Shown here: positions 14,063 to 26,472 of the stretch, one piece after another | Layout: each line of letters opens with the position of its first letter | Position numbering within the stretch: position 1 is the stretch's first letter | From: Squalus acanthias | Lineage: Eukaryota | DNA: 64,000 nt | Reading direction: 5' to 3' | Assembly (NCBI GenBank): GCA_030390025.1 | Contig: CM059432.1 | Coordinates: 40,364,001-40,428,000, forward strand | Made by a program: the position numbers and the translations under genes | Notes under the pieces: model-generated | The model's database searches: none | Seen by the model: the letters and a program-made list of their open reading frames with translations, nothing else | What the model was told of the DNA's origin: nothing

Positions 14063-14163
14063 CCATTTTGAGCCATTTGATAAAGCTCTCTCAGGACAGA
14101 CTGTCTGAAGTGGGACAACAAGCTAAAGGTTATGTTGTCATCAAGAAAAATCTCAATCAATCC
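14063..14163 (-). CDS. INTS8: INTS8 coding exon 9 (GLIEIFLDDNITFSLLSHFRQSVLRELYQMAQNG)
   Basis: Manual translation; ttttgcag acceptor, gtaaga donor, 101 nt. Confidence 0.93.
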
Positions 14164-15739
14164 CTGCAAAAGTTGGAAAAGAATGATTTAGCATATACCA
14201 CTATTCAGTACATTTCATCTGTATAATGCACAAAGCAAACTGTATTCTCCCCACACTGTTTAATGGGTCTTAATTCAGGAGTGTGAAAGGAAAATAAATT
14301 ACAAGCAGGAGGACTGATTTGCAGTTACTGAATAAATAAAATTCAGCTTTTATTACAAAATGACAGTCACTGAATAATCAAAACTCCAATTTTATTATAT
14401 GGGATGCTAGGATCAAATTCCACAATTTCAAACTTTTTCCTTGAAAGTTAGGCCTGCTCATTTGTGCCAGACACTGAGTTTATACTGGAATATTACGTAT
14501 ACATATATATAAAAAAACACATGGATAAAAATATTCTTGTTACATAGTGTGTGAACTGGTCACATTATACATGGCAAGTATGGTGGCAAACCAATCTCAT
14601 GGTCAGGGGTCACACCCGTGTTATTTTTGAACTTGACTGTCATAGCCCCAACTCTATCCCTCGTTCCATTTTGTAAAGTAGTCTGCCGATGAATGTTGGA
14701 CAGGGGCATGTAAACATTGTGCAGAGGGTAAAATGGAGAGGGATCCAGCTGGACATGGAAGAAATGGAAAAAAAAATCAGTGGCATATTTATTTTGCTGC
14801 TTTGACATGAGCAGCAGCTCGGAGGTCAGCCAGATTGCACAGGATGACACCAACATTACTGAAGGCAGTGCATGCCGAAAGAGGTGGTTGTAGCCAGTGC
14901 TTCCAACAGCAATGTAAATTGAAAGCTGGAGGCAGCCATATTTTATGGCTGCTGGTGGTCACTCACACCTACTCCATACAGGCCATACAAGTAGTTGTGC
15001 TGTCAGTAGTTTATCATTACCTCCGCTAATAACTGTAGGAGACATCACAGCTGAGCCTGATTCTGTTCTCACCCAAAGTCCACACACGCGCATTTCTGCA
15101 GGGGTTTACTGGATTGTGACCAGCAGCGGGAATCCTAGGTAATTTTCCATTCACTATCCCGGGGTGCAGAGTCCCAGCTGTAGCACCTCTATTACTGCCC
15201 CATCCGAGATCAGCTAGCTCAGCAGAGACTGCTAATTGAACCTGGAGCTTTCCTGGTCTGTATGGCTCAGCTACTCACTGGACAGACTTGTTGAGTTATA
15301 GGCGCGGGTAGAGCCCTGTTTGCAATTTTAAAACAACTGAATAGAAATCCAGCTGCTACAGAAATCATCCCATAAAACAAGGAGGTTTGTACAGCAATAA
15401 GGCCTACAGTCAATATTGTTTTGGGAAGTGGTTCTTCAATATAAATACAGCACAAGGAAAATTTAGGGAAGGCAACCAGAGATACACAAGGATAAAGAAA
15501 AATGAAAAAATATAAATTAGTGAAACCAAAAGAAGGAACTTAAAAAAAAGCCCAATGGCTCACAGTGAATAAAGGTCCTAGATATTAAATTACTTTGGTC
15601 AGTCTCAACCCAGCCCAATGGGCAGGAGCCACAAGAACAAAACGGTCCTAATTTGACACTAATTAGTAGTCCCATGTAGACAAACCATAGGATGGTTGAC
15701 ATTCAAAATAGAAAAAAAATGTCAGAATGGTGAAGTGGG

Positions 15740-16013
15740 GTAGGACATTTAGGACTGAGGAGGAGAAATGTCTTCACTCAGAGGGTGGTGAACCTGTGGA
15801 ATTCTCTACCATAGAAGGCTGTGGAGGCCAAGTCACTGAATATATTTAAGAAGGAGATAGATAGATTTCTAGACACAACAGGCATCAAGGGGTATGGGGA
15901 GAGAGCGGGAATATGGTATTGAGATAGGGGATCAGCCATGATCATATTGAATGGCGGAGCAGGCTTGAAGGGCCGAATGGCCTACTCCTGCTCCTATTTT
16001 TCTATGTTTCTAT
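15740..16013 (+). mobile_element. CR1 LINE 3' fragment
   Basis: Same 3' end as the other CR1 copies. Confidence 0.8.
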
Positions 16014-16984
16014 GAGACGCTTCTCTGATAATGAGTTGGGGCACATTGCTGGGGCAGAGCAAAGCTTTACTTTGCAAGCAACCATGCTAATCCAAACATG
16101 AGAGTGCTTGACGCAGACACTGGAGGTTGAAAAATGGGAAAGTGCTCCAATTCTCAACATTAACACTGCTCACCTGGTGAACACAAAATTCAATGGATTG
16201 CTAGTGGTGGTGATGCGAGTAAACAAAAAACCCAACATAAAAATAAAAATTCGTATGCCATGGAACTTCAGTGGCAGGTAGTGTCGCTTAGTGAGTGCGG
16301 AGAGCCAGTGTTACCACCCACTCATTATTGAACAGTATTGAAAAGGGTACACTGAAGTTGGGAAACAGCCCATCCTCTCGTTCAACTTAATCCCCATTAA
16401 CAGCAAAGATAAATTTGAGTAACTGAACACTACGTCTGTAACACAAATAGCATAAGCAATGGACGATGTGGAACACAACACCTAATATCACAATTAAACC
16501 CAATAATTCACAAGTGATGAAACAGTAAAAACAATCTTCACACCATATCCCACTTATCATTCAGTGGGATGATGTTGTTGTAAAAATTAAATGGTTTTCT
16601 GCCTTTCATTTTAAAACAATAAGCAAGCACTTTAATGCACTCCCCATTTGGTTATGAAAGTTCTTTAGAAGTGGCTGGCTGCCATCTTGAAAACCCCAGA
16701 GTGTGGAATCCATATGGAATCCATAAGGTTACCTCAGCCCCAAAAAAGATGTTTCATGAGTTAGTCAAGGAACTGGGCTATCATTTACTTCCCAGGATCT
16801 CTACAAAAATAAAACTTATGATAAATCCATAATTTTCCCCTTTATGTAAATAACTGCTACTATCATTACTTCAGTTCCATACGAGGAGCCACAAAGAGCA
16901 TTAAAGCACATGAATGCATTAATTTTACAGCAGTATTGGAGCAGCAAGTTATTTCAGTTATACTGTGCTATTATATAAAGGAAA

Positions 16985-17397
16985 ACCTTAAACATTCACT
17001 CCCTCCACCACCGGCGCACCGTGACTGCAGTGTGTACCATCTACAAGATGCACTGCAGCAACTCGCCAAGGCTTCTTCGGCAGCACCTCCCAAACCCGCG
17101 ACCTCTTCCACCTAGAAGGACAAGGGCAGCAGGCGCATGGGAACACCACCACCTCCAAGTTCCCCTCCAAATCACACACCATCCTGACTTGGAAGTATAT
17201 CGCCGATCCTTCATCGTCGCTGGGTCAAAATCCTGGAACTCCCTCCCTAACAGCACTGTGGGAGTACCATCACCACACGGACTGCAGCGGTTCAAGGCGG
17301 CGGCTCAACACCACCTTCTCGAGGGCAACTAGGGATGGGCAATAAATGCTGGCCTTGCCAGCGACACCCACATCCCACAAACAAATTAAAAAAAAGT
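16985..17397 (+). mobile_element. 3' end of the LINE family at 38230-40415
   Basis: Near-identical to 40018-40415; AATAAA and A-rich tail. Confidence 0.8.
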
Positions 17398-17455
17398 CAT
17401 ATTGCAGTGGAGTGTGAAATGCTTAAATTAACATTTGCTATATGAATTACTATAC

Positions 17456-17611
17456 CTGATAGTTACTGGATTTAATACAGTGGTGAACCCGGCCATATGT
17501 TGTCAGCTGTAGTTCACTCGTATCAGATGGAGTTGTTAGCACTGCACAAGCCTGGCAGTAACCATCTAATCTCCTCCGGTCAATTCGACAGTGAACAGGC
17601 TCAGGTCCAAT
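17456..17611 (-). CDS. INTS8: INTS8 coding exon 8 (IGPEPVHCRIDRRRLDGYCQAC...VHHCIKSSNYQ)
   Basis: Manual translation; tag acceptor, gtatag donor, 156 nt. Confidence 0.92.
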
Positions 17612-18034
17612 CTATATAGAATTTTAAAAAAAGTGAGGCAATACAAAAGCAAACAAAGCAATATTACTTTTTAAAAACACACACATAGAATTCTATATGT
17701 AGCAATTATTTTTAGATTTAATTCAAAGTTTCCCTCCCATCACATTTGCCCTCAAGTCTGTGCTGCTCTTCTATGGAGGTCTAATCCGCAAATAGCACCC
17801 ACAAGCACAATCAGTGCTCCCTAGTTTCTCTTTCTGCTCTATCTGTGCAGATGTCCTAACATACTCATCTCTTAGGACCTAGAGGACATCAGGGTTTTCA
17901 CTTGGGTTTCCTACTTGAGCGCCCTAGATCTACAACCGTGCTACAAGTAACAGTGTCCTCCATCAAAAACAGTTTTAAAAATAAAATTTAAAAAAAATTA
18001 AGAGAATGCAGTTAAAAAGGTGCTAGTATTGTCT

Positions 18035-18255
18035 CTTAATAGTTCAGTTAGTTAAAACAGTGACCGGCTCAGAAATGTAAAGCAGGAAGGTCCCAGGTTC
18101 AATTCCTGGTCTGTACTGCATGAGCTGATCTCAGCCGAGGGGTCCTGCCCCAATGGAAATGCACTCGTGGATGTCGGAAGAGAATACGATCAGACTTAGC
18201 TTTGATGGGCTTCCGCAGTCAAATAGCCTGCCGACACCCTGAGTCACAGCTCATA
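18035..18255 (+). mobile_element. Old tRNA-derived SINE of a second family (other diverged copies near 2700-2820, 3640-3950, 15040-15300 minus, 36050-36200)
   Basis: Recurring block gtcccaggttcaattcctggtctgt...gagctgatctcagc. Confidence 0.5.
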
Positions 18256-18329
18256 GCTATGAATAACTTACTGCACAGCAAGTAGCAGCCATATAGTCAT
18301 ACTTGCCAGTGAGGTATTTTGCAGAGTAC

Positions 18330-18437
18330 CTTTGAGAGCAGTTCACTGGTTTTGAATAAATGTTCCTTTGCTTTTTCATAGACAGTTGGGTTTGAAGAGC
18401 CTTGACTGAAGAATACTGTGCCCAGATCGTAACAAAC
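18330..18437 (-). CDS. INTS8: INTS8 coding exon 7 (VCYDLGTVFFSQGSSNPTVYEKAKEHLFKTSELLSK)
   Basis: Manual translation; tag acceptor, gtactc donor (weak), 108 nt. Confidence 0.92.
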
Positions 18438-19267
18438 CTACAATCAAATTAATTGGTGGCAAATTTATAACACTCTTTGCAATACTATTCGTAAGAAAAT
18501 ATACACGATTTCAATTTACTGATATATTAGTATAAGCATTTTCAAAAGCAGTTCTGGAATCACATGGGTAAATTACATTTGCATTTAAAAACAATCACAG
18601 AATTCATCATACTTGGGACAAGATACAAATTTTACAAGAAGCCATTATAGTTAAGCCTTTTCCAATTAATAGATTATAATGTATGCAAAATAAATATTCT
18701 TGATGTGTGTGGAGAACTCTTGTCCATTGGTTGCTGATCTACTAGCCAGAGTGCTAATTTGATCAGAGGTCCATGGTTGACGATCACAGTAACAAAAGTA
18801 TGTGCAACCATACATTTCTCATTGGTGGTTTGTTAACTGGAATATATATTAGTTGAAAAATGTAACTTGACTGAGTTGCATCTGGTCACCTAGTTCATGT
18901 TACCATGTGGTATGCTTGCACATGTTTAATTAGAAAATTGAGCTTCATTTAAGTCCCACATATCTCAATGGTCAATTCTATACTTAAGCAACCTTTAAAC
19001 ACCAAAACAAATTTTTGGTACAGCTTTTGTTTTTACTTTTGAAAGCAGCAATTCTGGCTGTTCCTTGTATAACAAGTTAACTCATGTGCAACAAAAACTA
19101 CAATGGCAGTGTAGATAGAAATGTACAGGTAAGCGATAGAAGGAGTGTGGTTCGGGTTTATTGCAGTGGGATGCGCAGGGAGTATGCACTGAGGTATGGG
19201 GCTGTGCAGAGGGAGATTGAATTGACTGTGAGGTTGAAATGAGAATTGTTTGGTTTTTGCAGATCAT

Positions 19268-20078
19268 GAGAAAGAGGGCCAGGACAATATAGATAAGTGT
19301 GAGGTAGTACATTTTGGTAGGAAGAATAAGGAGGCCACATACTCCTTGGAAAATAAGTGTCTAAATGGGATAGAGGAACAGAGGGATCTGGGGGTACAGA
19401 TACACAAATCACTAAAAGTAGTGACGCAGGTTAATAAGGCCATAAAAAAGCTAACAAAGCACTGGGGTTCATTTCTAGTCGGATAGAATTGAAAAGCAGA
19501 GATGTTATGTTAAATTTGTATAGAACCTTGGTTAGACTACACTTAGAATACTGTGAACAGTTCTGATCTCCATATTATAAAAAGGATAGAGAGGCACTGG
19601 AGAAGGTGCAAAAAAGATTTACTAGAATGATACCAGAACTGAAAGGTTATACCTATCAGGAAAGACTGAACAGGTTGGGGCTCTTTTCTCTAGAAAAGAG
19701 AAGACTGAGTGGTGACCTGATAGAGGTCTTTAAGATGATGAAAGGGTTTGATAGGGTAGACGAAGAGAAGATGTTTCCACTAGTGGGCGAGACCAGAACT
19801 TGGGGCCATAAATATAAGATAGTCACTAATAAATCCAATAGGGAATTCAGGAGAAACTTCTTTACCCAGAGAATAGTTAGAATGTGGAACTTGCTACCAC
19901 AAGGAGTAGTTGAGGCAAATAGCATAGATGCAGTTAAAGGGAAGCTAGATAAGCACATCAAGTAGAAAGGAATAGAAGGTTATGTTGATGGGGTTAGAGG
20001 AGGCTCGTATGGAGCATAAACACCGGCATGGACCTGTTGGGTCAAATGGCCCATTTCTGTGCTGTAAATACTGTGTAA
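19268..20078 (+). mobile_element. CR1 LINE 3' fragment
   Basis: ORFs 19250..19486 and 19606..19965. Confidence 0.85.
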
Positions 20079-21240
20079 AATGTGCAGTGTAGGAGGTTAG
20101 AAGAAGGGAGATACAAGGGCAGGGAAAGAGTGAGAGAGGATTGACAGAAGACATGGTGGGCGATGGAAGGGCTTTCTATGGGCACATGGTCATTGGAGGG
20201 TAGTTCTGTGGAGCCCCAGGGAGATATGGCAATGAGCTTCTGGTGGGGTGCAAGGGAAATGGCAGAGATACTAAACGGGTGCTTTGCTTTAGTTTTCATG
20301 TGGACAGTTATGTATTTTACAATTGTGGAGCTGGAGGGTGAGGGGAGTTTTGAAGCAGTTTGTGGAAGTTGCTATTTGGGGGAAGATGGTGCTGAAGAGG
20401 TTGCTTAGGCTTGGGGTGGACAGGCTAAAGGATGTGGTGGTTTCACATCTAGATATACTGGGAGAGGTGAGGAGGTGGCAGAGGCTCAGAATGTGATTTT
20501 CTGAAATCTATTGAGAGGAGGGTTGGGTTGAAAGGTGGCAGATGGAGAACACCACTTCACAAGGAAAGGTTATGGAGCAAGCCTGGGATGGGCCAGAAAA
20601 TTGTGGACTGGTTGGTCTTGCTGCAGTCGTTGATGGATGGCTGGAATTAACATTTGCAGAATAAGAATGATCCATTAAATACTCCATTAAAACTTTATGT
20701 CGTTCAACAGCTGCTCCCAATGCAGATAACTGTCAGGTCCCTTTGGCTTCTCAACGCAGGATGACGTTTATGCTGCAGAATGATTACCGCTAATACTGCA
20801 AGTTTAATCCAGAACTAATTTGGTTAACAGGGAATTCTCTATTTTTATACTTATTATTGTATTTACTCAAATATACCCCCACTTCTTAAACAAAAAAAAT
20901 GAACTTATGGGCACAGCCTACATGCAAGAAATGACTTGGGGACAGTAACAGCGAAGAGCAATTTGAGTTTGAGTGGTCTAAATGCAGGGATTACCTATGT
21001 ACAAATAAAATTGTACAAGAAACCGTAAGACCAATACTGAATTACTACCTATCAACAACCATTTGTTATTTTCAATATAAACTCTATAGTTTTTTTTTTA
21101 CTTTAACCATAATATAGGCAAATGGTTAAAAAACTATAGCAAACCTGAGCTTCTATGCCACAATGTAGTATTGCAATTTCTTCTACCCACATTTCCACCA
21201 AGTAGTTAACAGGAAATATGGCATGATTGCAGAGTATTAC

Positions 21241-21423
21241 CTGGCAATGCATTTCATCCACACTGATTCGTAATCCAGCTATTACACTCTCTGTCTCTCC
21301 ATTCGCCAGGCAAGATTCTGCTACTATCTGGTCCAGGGTCCTCATGGTGTGAACATGTAGGTCTGTGGTCAACTGAAGTGCTCCCTCCAAAACAAGAATG
21401 GAGTCTCCAGCTTGTTCCTTTAG
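21241..21423 (-). CDS. INTS8: INTS8 coding exon 6 (LKEQAGDSILVLEGALQLTTDLHVHTMRTLD...NGETES...DEMHCQ)
   Basis: ORF 21103..21390 plus manual extension; tag acceptor, gtaata donor, 183 nt. Confidence 0.95.
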
Positions 21424-22000
21424 CTATTGGTGTGAAAATGAGATACTGTTATCCATGTGCTTTTAATTATTTGAACATAATGCAAATTGCTCATAGTGGA
21501 TCAATCTGTGTAGACCTAATTTTCCTGGTTCACTGTAAACAAATCATGTTGGCTGTGGAATCTGAAGATGGACTCCAAGGCATCTCATTGAAGAAATGGT
21601 GGCTGCTTGGAAATGGTTGGTTTCTATCAGAGCCCAGAAGGCTTTGATCAAAAATCAGTCAAGTTAAATGCCATTTTAAAGGAAGTGAATATTTTAAATG
21701 CTTATTCTGAGGCCAGCCTCAGACAAGAGGATTGTTTAGATTGGTGTTCCCATAATGTCAGCTGGGATGGATGTTTCAACACTTGTGAATTAACTGCTGG
21801 ATGCATACAGCCCTTTGCTCTCATAATTGCTAACCATATTGAGATCCACTTTAAGTTGTGGTTTGGAATTGGTGTCACTGTCATGGGACAAGACACCACT
21901 GTAGTCAAGCTAATGGACGATGTTCAAATGAAATATATCCTTATAACCCAGAGACCTTCTTGTCTTCGTCAGTTTTCTATTCATTATGCTGCTACACAAG

Positions 22001-22452
22001 GTGTCAGTCTTGGCTTAGTGGTTGCACCCTCACCTCAGAGTCAAAAGGTTGTGGGTTCAAGGCCCACTCCAGTGACTTGAGCACATAATTTAGGCTGGCA
22101 CTTCAGTGCAGTACTGAGGGACTGCAGCACAGTCGGAGGTGCCGTCTTTCAGATTAGATGTTAAATCAAGGCCATGTCTGCCCTCTCAGGTGGACGTTAA
22201 AGTTCCTACAGCACTATTCGAGGATGGAGTTCTCCTGGCAAATATTTATCCCTCAATCAACACCTAAAACAGTTGATCTGGTCATTTATTTTATTGCTAT
22301 TTGTGGGACTTTGCCGTGAACAAAATGGCTGCCACATTTCCTACATTACAACAGTGGCTACAGTTCAAAAAGTACTTCATTGGTTGTAAAGCACTTTGGG
22401 ACGTCCTGAGGGCATAAAAGGATTTAAGTAAATGCAAGGGTTTTTTTTTCTT
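22001..22452 (+). mobile_element. Same tRNA/Deu SINE family, full length
   Basis: Colinear with 44573-45038. Confidence 0.78.
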
Positions 22453-22780
22453 TACTTACATAGGACAGGGGTCGATAGAACTCCACAGGCAGAGCCGAGA
22501 GAAGCTAAAACACTATTTTAAAACAGTCAACTTAGTTTTTGTATACTCCAAAGATGATGATTGTGCTGTATTGTATCTTGGCTAAAACTTTTTTGCTTTG
22601 ATACATCAATGCACGTGTAATTTTAAAAAGTCAGGAATAGTTGTTTAGTCCGTATTAGGTGGCCCAATGGCATGGAATGTTCTGCCAGCCGAGGCAATAG
22701 AGGATATAGTTGGCATGTGACATGCTCTCCAGTAAGCAAACTAACATGACTGGAGTTAATGGCTAGACCTAGGCTGTGCT

Positions 22781-22856
22781 AACCAAACTACAACAGATTG
22801 GTCCCACTGGTTAAACCAAACTACAACATATTGGTCCCACTAGTTAAACTAAACTA
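22781..22856 (-). repeat. Same 33-bp unit, ~2.3 copies, inverted orientation
   Basis: Reverse complement of the 25816 array. Confidence 0.9.
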
Positions 22857-23126
22857 TTGTAAAGCACTGGACACGTAATTTTTGACAAAACCTTATCAAA
22901 TCGCTTCTTTTATTGTGGTGGAAACAGTTTTCTTTTGAATTGAAAAACCTAGATATGAACAGGTAAAGACCCTCTGGTTCATCGAGCCTGTCCTACACAA
23001 TTGTGATACCTTGTGCATCACAATATATACACTCTCCACCCCACCCGATACCATGTGATCTCCTGGGAGCAGCGAAAAACCAGATAAAAACCCAGGCCAA
23101 TTTGGGAGGAAAAATCTGGGAAATCT

Positions 23127-24569
23127 TGAAGGGATAATTACAAGTCCTAGCCCTTTTCGGGCTACCCCAGATCAGGCGTATTCCCCAGACGTTCACCTTC
23201 AACTGAAGTTAGCGGTAGCCGAATCCTAGAGACGCTTAATTGGGTCTAAAGGTTCAGACTATCGCTCCCTAAAGGAAAGGAACGGCCTGAAGATGTTACC
23301 GTCCTCCGGATAGCACTTTTAACAAATTTAACTAGACTGTAACCTTCCGGCTATTATGAGGGTCCGGAAACCCCCCCAGAATTCTGCAACTCCTCACTGA
23401 AGAGTGTACAGAAATTGAGGTCGCGAGATTGATACAGAAATACTCTGAGACAATTTTAAAAATATATAGATTTATTAAAGAACCGACATCTAGTTAACAG
23501 CTGGTATGGCAATTGCAACTTTAACCGTTCAAAATACAAATAGCTTACATTTCTTATCAGAGATCCTTATTCTCAAATCTTAACTTCGTTACATTTCCAC
23601 ACTTCTACTTATTTCTTAATCCAGAATATCCACTAAAATCAAATACCTTGATTACCCAAGACTCAGAGTTAAAAACTTAGAGCGTGCCTGTGAAGTTGAG
23701 AAACGCTTGCCCTTCCAGCGACTTCTGACTCTCTATCTGAAAAGCTCTTACTTTTATACTCTTTTTTAGTGGTATATTCTTTGAAGTTTTCTTTTGATGT
23801 AAGCTAATTGTCTCTAGTGATACTCTATTGAATTCTTTTCTATTCTTACTGTCATTTCAGCTGCCAACTTTTAGAATTCTGTCTCTACCTTTAGGTGTTC
23901 ATATCTTCTCATAAAATATGGTATAACAGATTTATCTATTTGATGCCATTCTTAGGAAGTCTTTCTATTGAATTCTTAATATCACTTAACTGCTTGTAAG
24001 CCAGACGTCGTGACTCCGTGGTGTTCCAAGTTCAATACAAACACAATGTAATTGCTTGGTGTCATCTATTGATATTATATTTTCAAAGCCTCTCTGTAGG
24101 TATATTTTACAACTTGTAAATTGGAAACATTTCTCTTAGGGTGTTTACTTGTTTTCTTGCTATCTCAATTGGTTGCATATTTAATCGTGTTTCCTGTCTT
24201 ATTTGATGTTACTTTATGAAGGCATATGGTTGTTTAATGTTCTAAGTTTCTGTTTCCGAGTGTTAGCTTATAACACTTTACTTGGGTCATTCCATTGTGT
24301 TTCTCCCAAACTCCAGACCTTCTGGAAGCACCAATGGTTTGCTTCAATAGGGGCATTGTTTTTGTGTTTACAACCATCTCCCATTTCAAAGCTTGTGGTG
24401 TTTTACAGCTTTTGTTAACACTTCACCTCATCTCAGAAGTCTGTATTGTGTTTGCAGCCTGTGTCGCCGAGGCTTTCCAGACTTTTAAACTCAGTATGTC
24501 ATGTATTAATATTATCAAAATCTGTTCATAGGATGATGTATTTCTTGGAATATGGCTTTTTCCATTACA
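23127..24569 (-). mobile_element. Solo LTR (~1.44 kb) of an LTR retrotransposon or ERV
   Basis: TG...CA termini, 4-bp TSD ATCT (23123-26, 24570-73); minus-strand TATAAAAG at ~23755 and AATAAA at ~23473; the empty site is visible in the duplicate at ~25730-25745. Confidence 0.8.
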
Positions 24570-24630
24570 ATCTGTTGCTTCACTAACTGTAAATGGGAAT
24601 ACTATTTCATTATTCTGATGTGGGTGGATC

Positions 24631-25642
24631 CTCTGTCGTCGAATTACAGTACAGACGACGCTTGCGTCTGCGCTCACTCGGAGGTCGAACTCCAAACCAT
24701 CGACAACACCTTCACCGAAGCGTATGAGAGCATGGGCCTTACACTAAACATCCGTAAGACAAAGGTCCTCTACCAACCTGCCCCCGCCACACAGTACTGC
24801 CCCCCGATTATCAAAATCCACGACAAGGCCTTGGACAACGTGGACCACTTTCCATACCTCGAGAGCCTACTGTCAACAAGGGCAGACATCGATGACGAAG
24901 TTCAACACCGCCTTCAGTGTGCCAGTGCAGCCTTCGGTCGCCTGAGGAAGAGAGTGTTTGAAGACCAGGACCTCAAACCCGGCACTAAGCTCATGATCTA
25001 CAGAGCAGCAGTGATACCCGCCCTGCTGTATGCCTCAGAGACATGGACCATGTACAGCAGTCACCTCAAAGCACTGGAGAGGTACCACCAACGCTGCCTC
25101 CACAAGATCCTGCAAATCCATTGGCAGGATAGGCGCACCAACGTCAGTGTTCTCGCTCAGGCCAACATCCCCAGCATCGAAGCTTTGACCACGCTCGATC
25201 AGCTCCGATGGACGGGTCACATCGTCTGCATGCCCGATACGAGACTCCCAAAACAAGCGCTCTACTCGAAGCTCCGGCACAGCAATAGAGTCCCAGGTGG
25301 GCAGAGGAAACGCTTCAAGGACACCCTCAAAGCCTCCTTGAAAAAGTGCAACATCTCCACCGACACCTTGGAATCCCTGGCCCAAGACCGCACAAAGTGG
25401 AGGAGAAGCATCCGGGAAGGCGCCGAACACCTTGAGTCTCTTCGCCGGGAGCAAGCGGAAGCCAAGCGCAAGCAGCGCACGTCAACCCAAGCACCCCACC
25501 CACCCACCCACCCCTTCAACCACCGTCTGCCCCACCTGTGACAGAGACTGTAGGTCCCGCATTGGACTCATCAGTCACCTGAGAACTCATGTTTAATGTG
25601 GAAGCAAGTCATCCTCGGTTCCGAGGGACTGTCTAAGAAAAG
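24631..25642 (+). mobile_element. 5'-truncated RTE-clade LINE (RT C-terminal half and 3' end)
   Basis: ORF 24552..25541 with GLTLNIRKTKV, FPYLES, LLYASETW, RWTGHIV, RLPKQ..Y, GGQRKRFKD motifs; flanked by a ~153-bp direct repeat. Confidence 0.88.
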
Positions 25643-25815
25643 ACTCTCCACCTCACCCAAAACCATGTGATCTCCTGGGAGCAGCAAAAAAACAGATAAA
25701 AACCCAGGCCAATTTGGGAGGAAAAATCTGGGAAATTTGTTGCTTCACTAACTGTAAATGGGAATACTATTTCATTATTCTGATGTGGGTGGTTCAAAAG
25801 ATGCAACACAGTCTT

Positions 25816-25983
25816 GGTTTAACTAGTGGGACCAATCTGTTGTAGTTTGGTTTAACCAGTGGGAGCAACCTGTTGTAGTTTGGTTTAACCAGTGGGACCA
25901 ATCTGTTGTAGTTTGGTTTAACCAGTGGGACCAATCTGTTGTAGTTTGGTTTAACCAGTGGGACCAATCTGTTGTAGTTTGGT
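25816..25983 (+). repeat. 33-bp minisatellite x5 (GGTTTAACCAGTGGGACCAATCTGTTGTAGTTT)
   Basis: Five head-to-tail units, no spacers. Confidence 0.95.
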
Positions 25984-26420
25984 GTAATCTGGGAAATTCC
26001 TCTTCAACCTAGCTTAGTGATCGAAACTAGTCCAGGAGATCACTCTGGCCCTGAATTCCCTACCATTTGCAGGAGGATAAAGGGCCAATCCCCATAATGC
26101 AGTCCAAGATTGAATTGAGCAACATAGAAGAAAAAGCAAGTTGTTTAGCTGGGTAATGTCAACCTTGAGTTTTAAAAGCATATAGATCACAGGAAGGAGG
26201 GAGAACTGAAATGTGAATCTTTTCTATTCTCTAAGAATACTTCAAAACACAAAAAAGCTACAACTTTGACATTTTATCTTCACAAATTTAATTTTCTTCA
26301 CCAAAAGGTAGCTTTTGACTGAAGTACTGTTCCAAGAAAGAATACAAGCTTTAAGAATATTTTAATATTGACTCAACAGTAGCTTTTCAAAACAAAAAGT
26401 AGCACAGATGGGAAACTTAC

Positions 26421-26472
26421 CACTTTTAAAATGTTATCTGTCAATTCCTTTTCTTGCTGCATCTGACTCATT
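26421..26472 (-). CDS. INTS8: INTS8 coding exon 5 (MSQMQQEKELTDNILKV)
   Basis: Peptide within ORF 26373..26702; cag acceptor, gtaagt donor, 52 nt. Confidence 0.93.

Noticed and set aside
21103..21150. Intronic peptide QVCYSFL that mimics the start of INTS8 exon 7 (VCYDLG)
   Set aside because: Poor polypyrimidine tract, a stop follows within 14 codons, and the real exon 7 is at 18330-18437; probably chance
25816..25983. 33-bp direct repeats resembling a CRISPR array
   Set aside because: Units are head-to-tail with no unique spacers, the context is eukaryotic, and there are no cas genes
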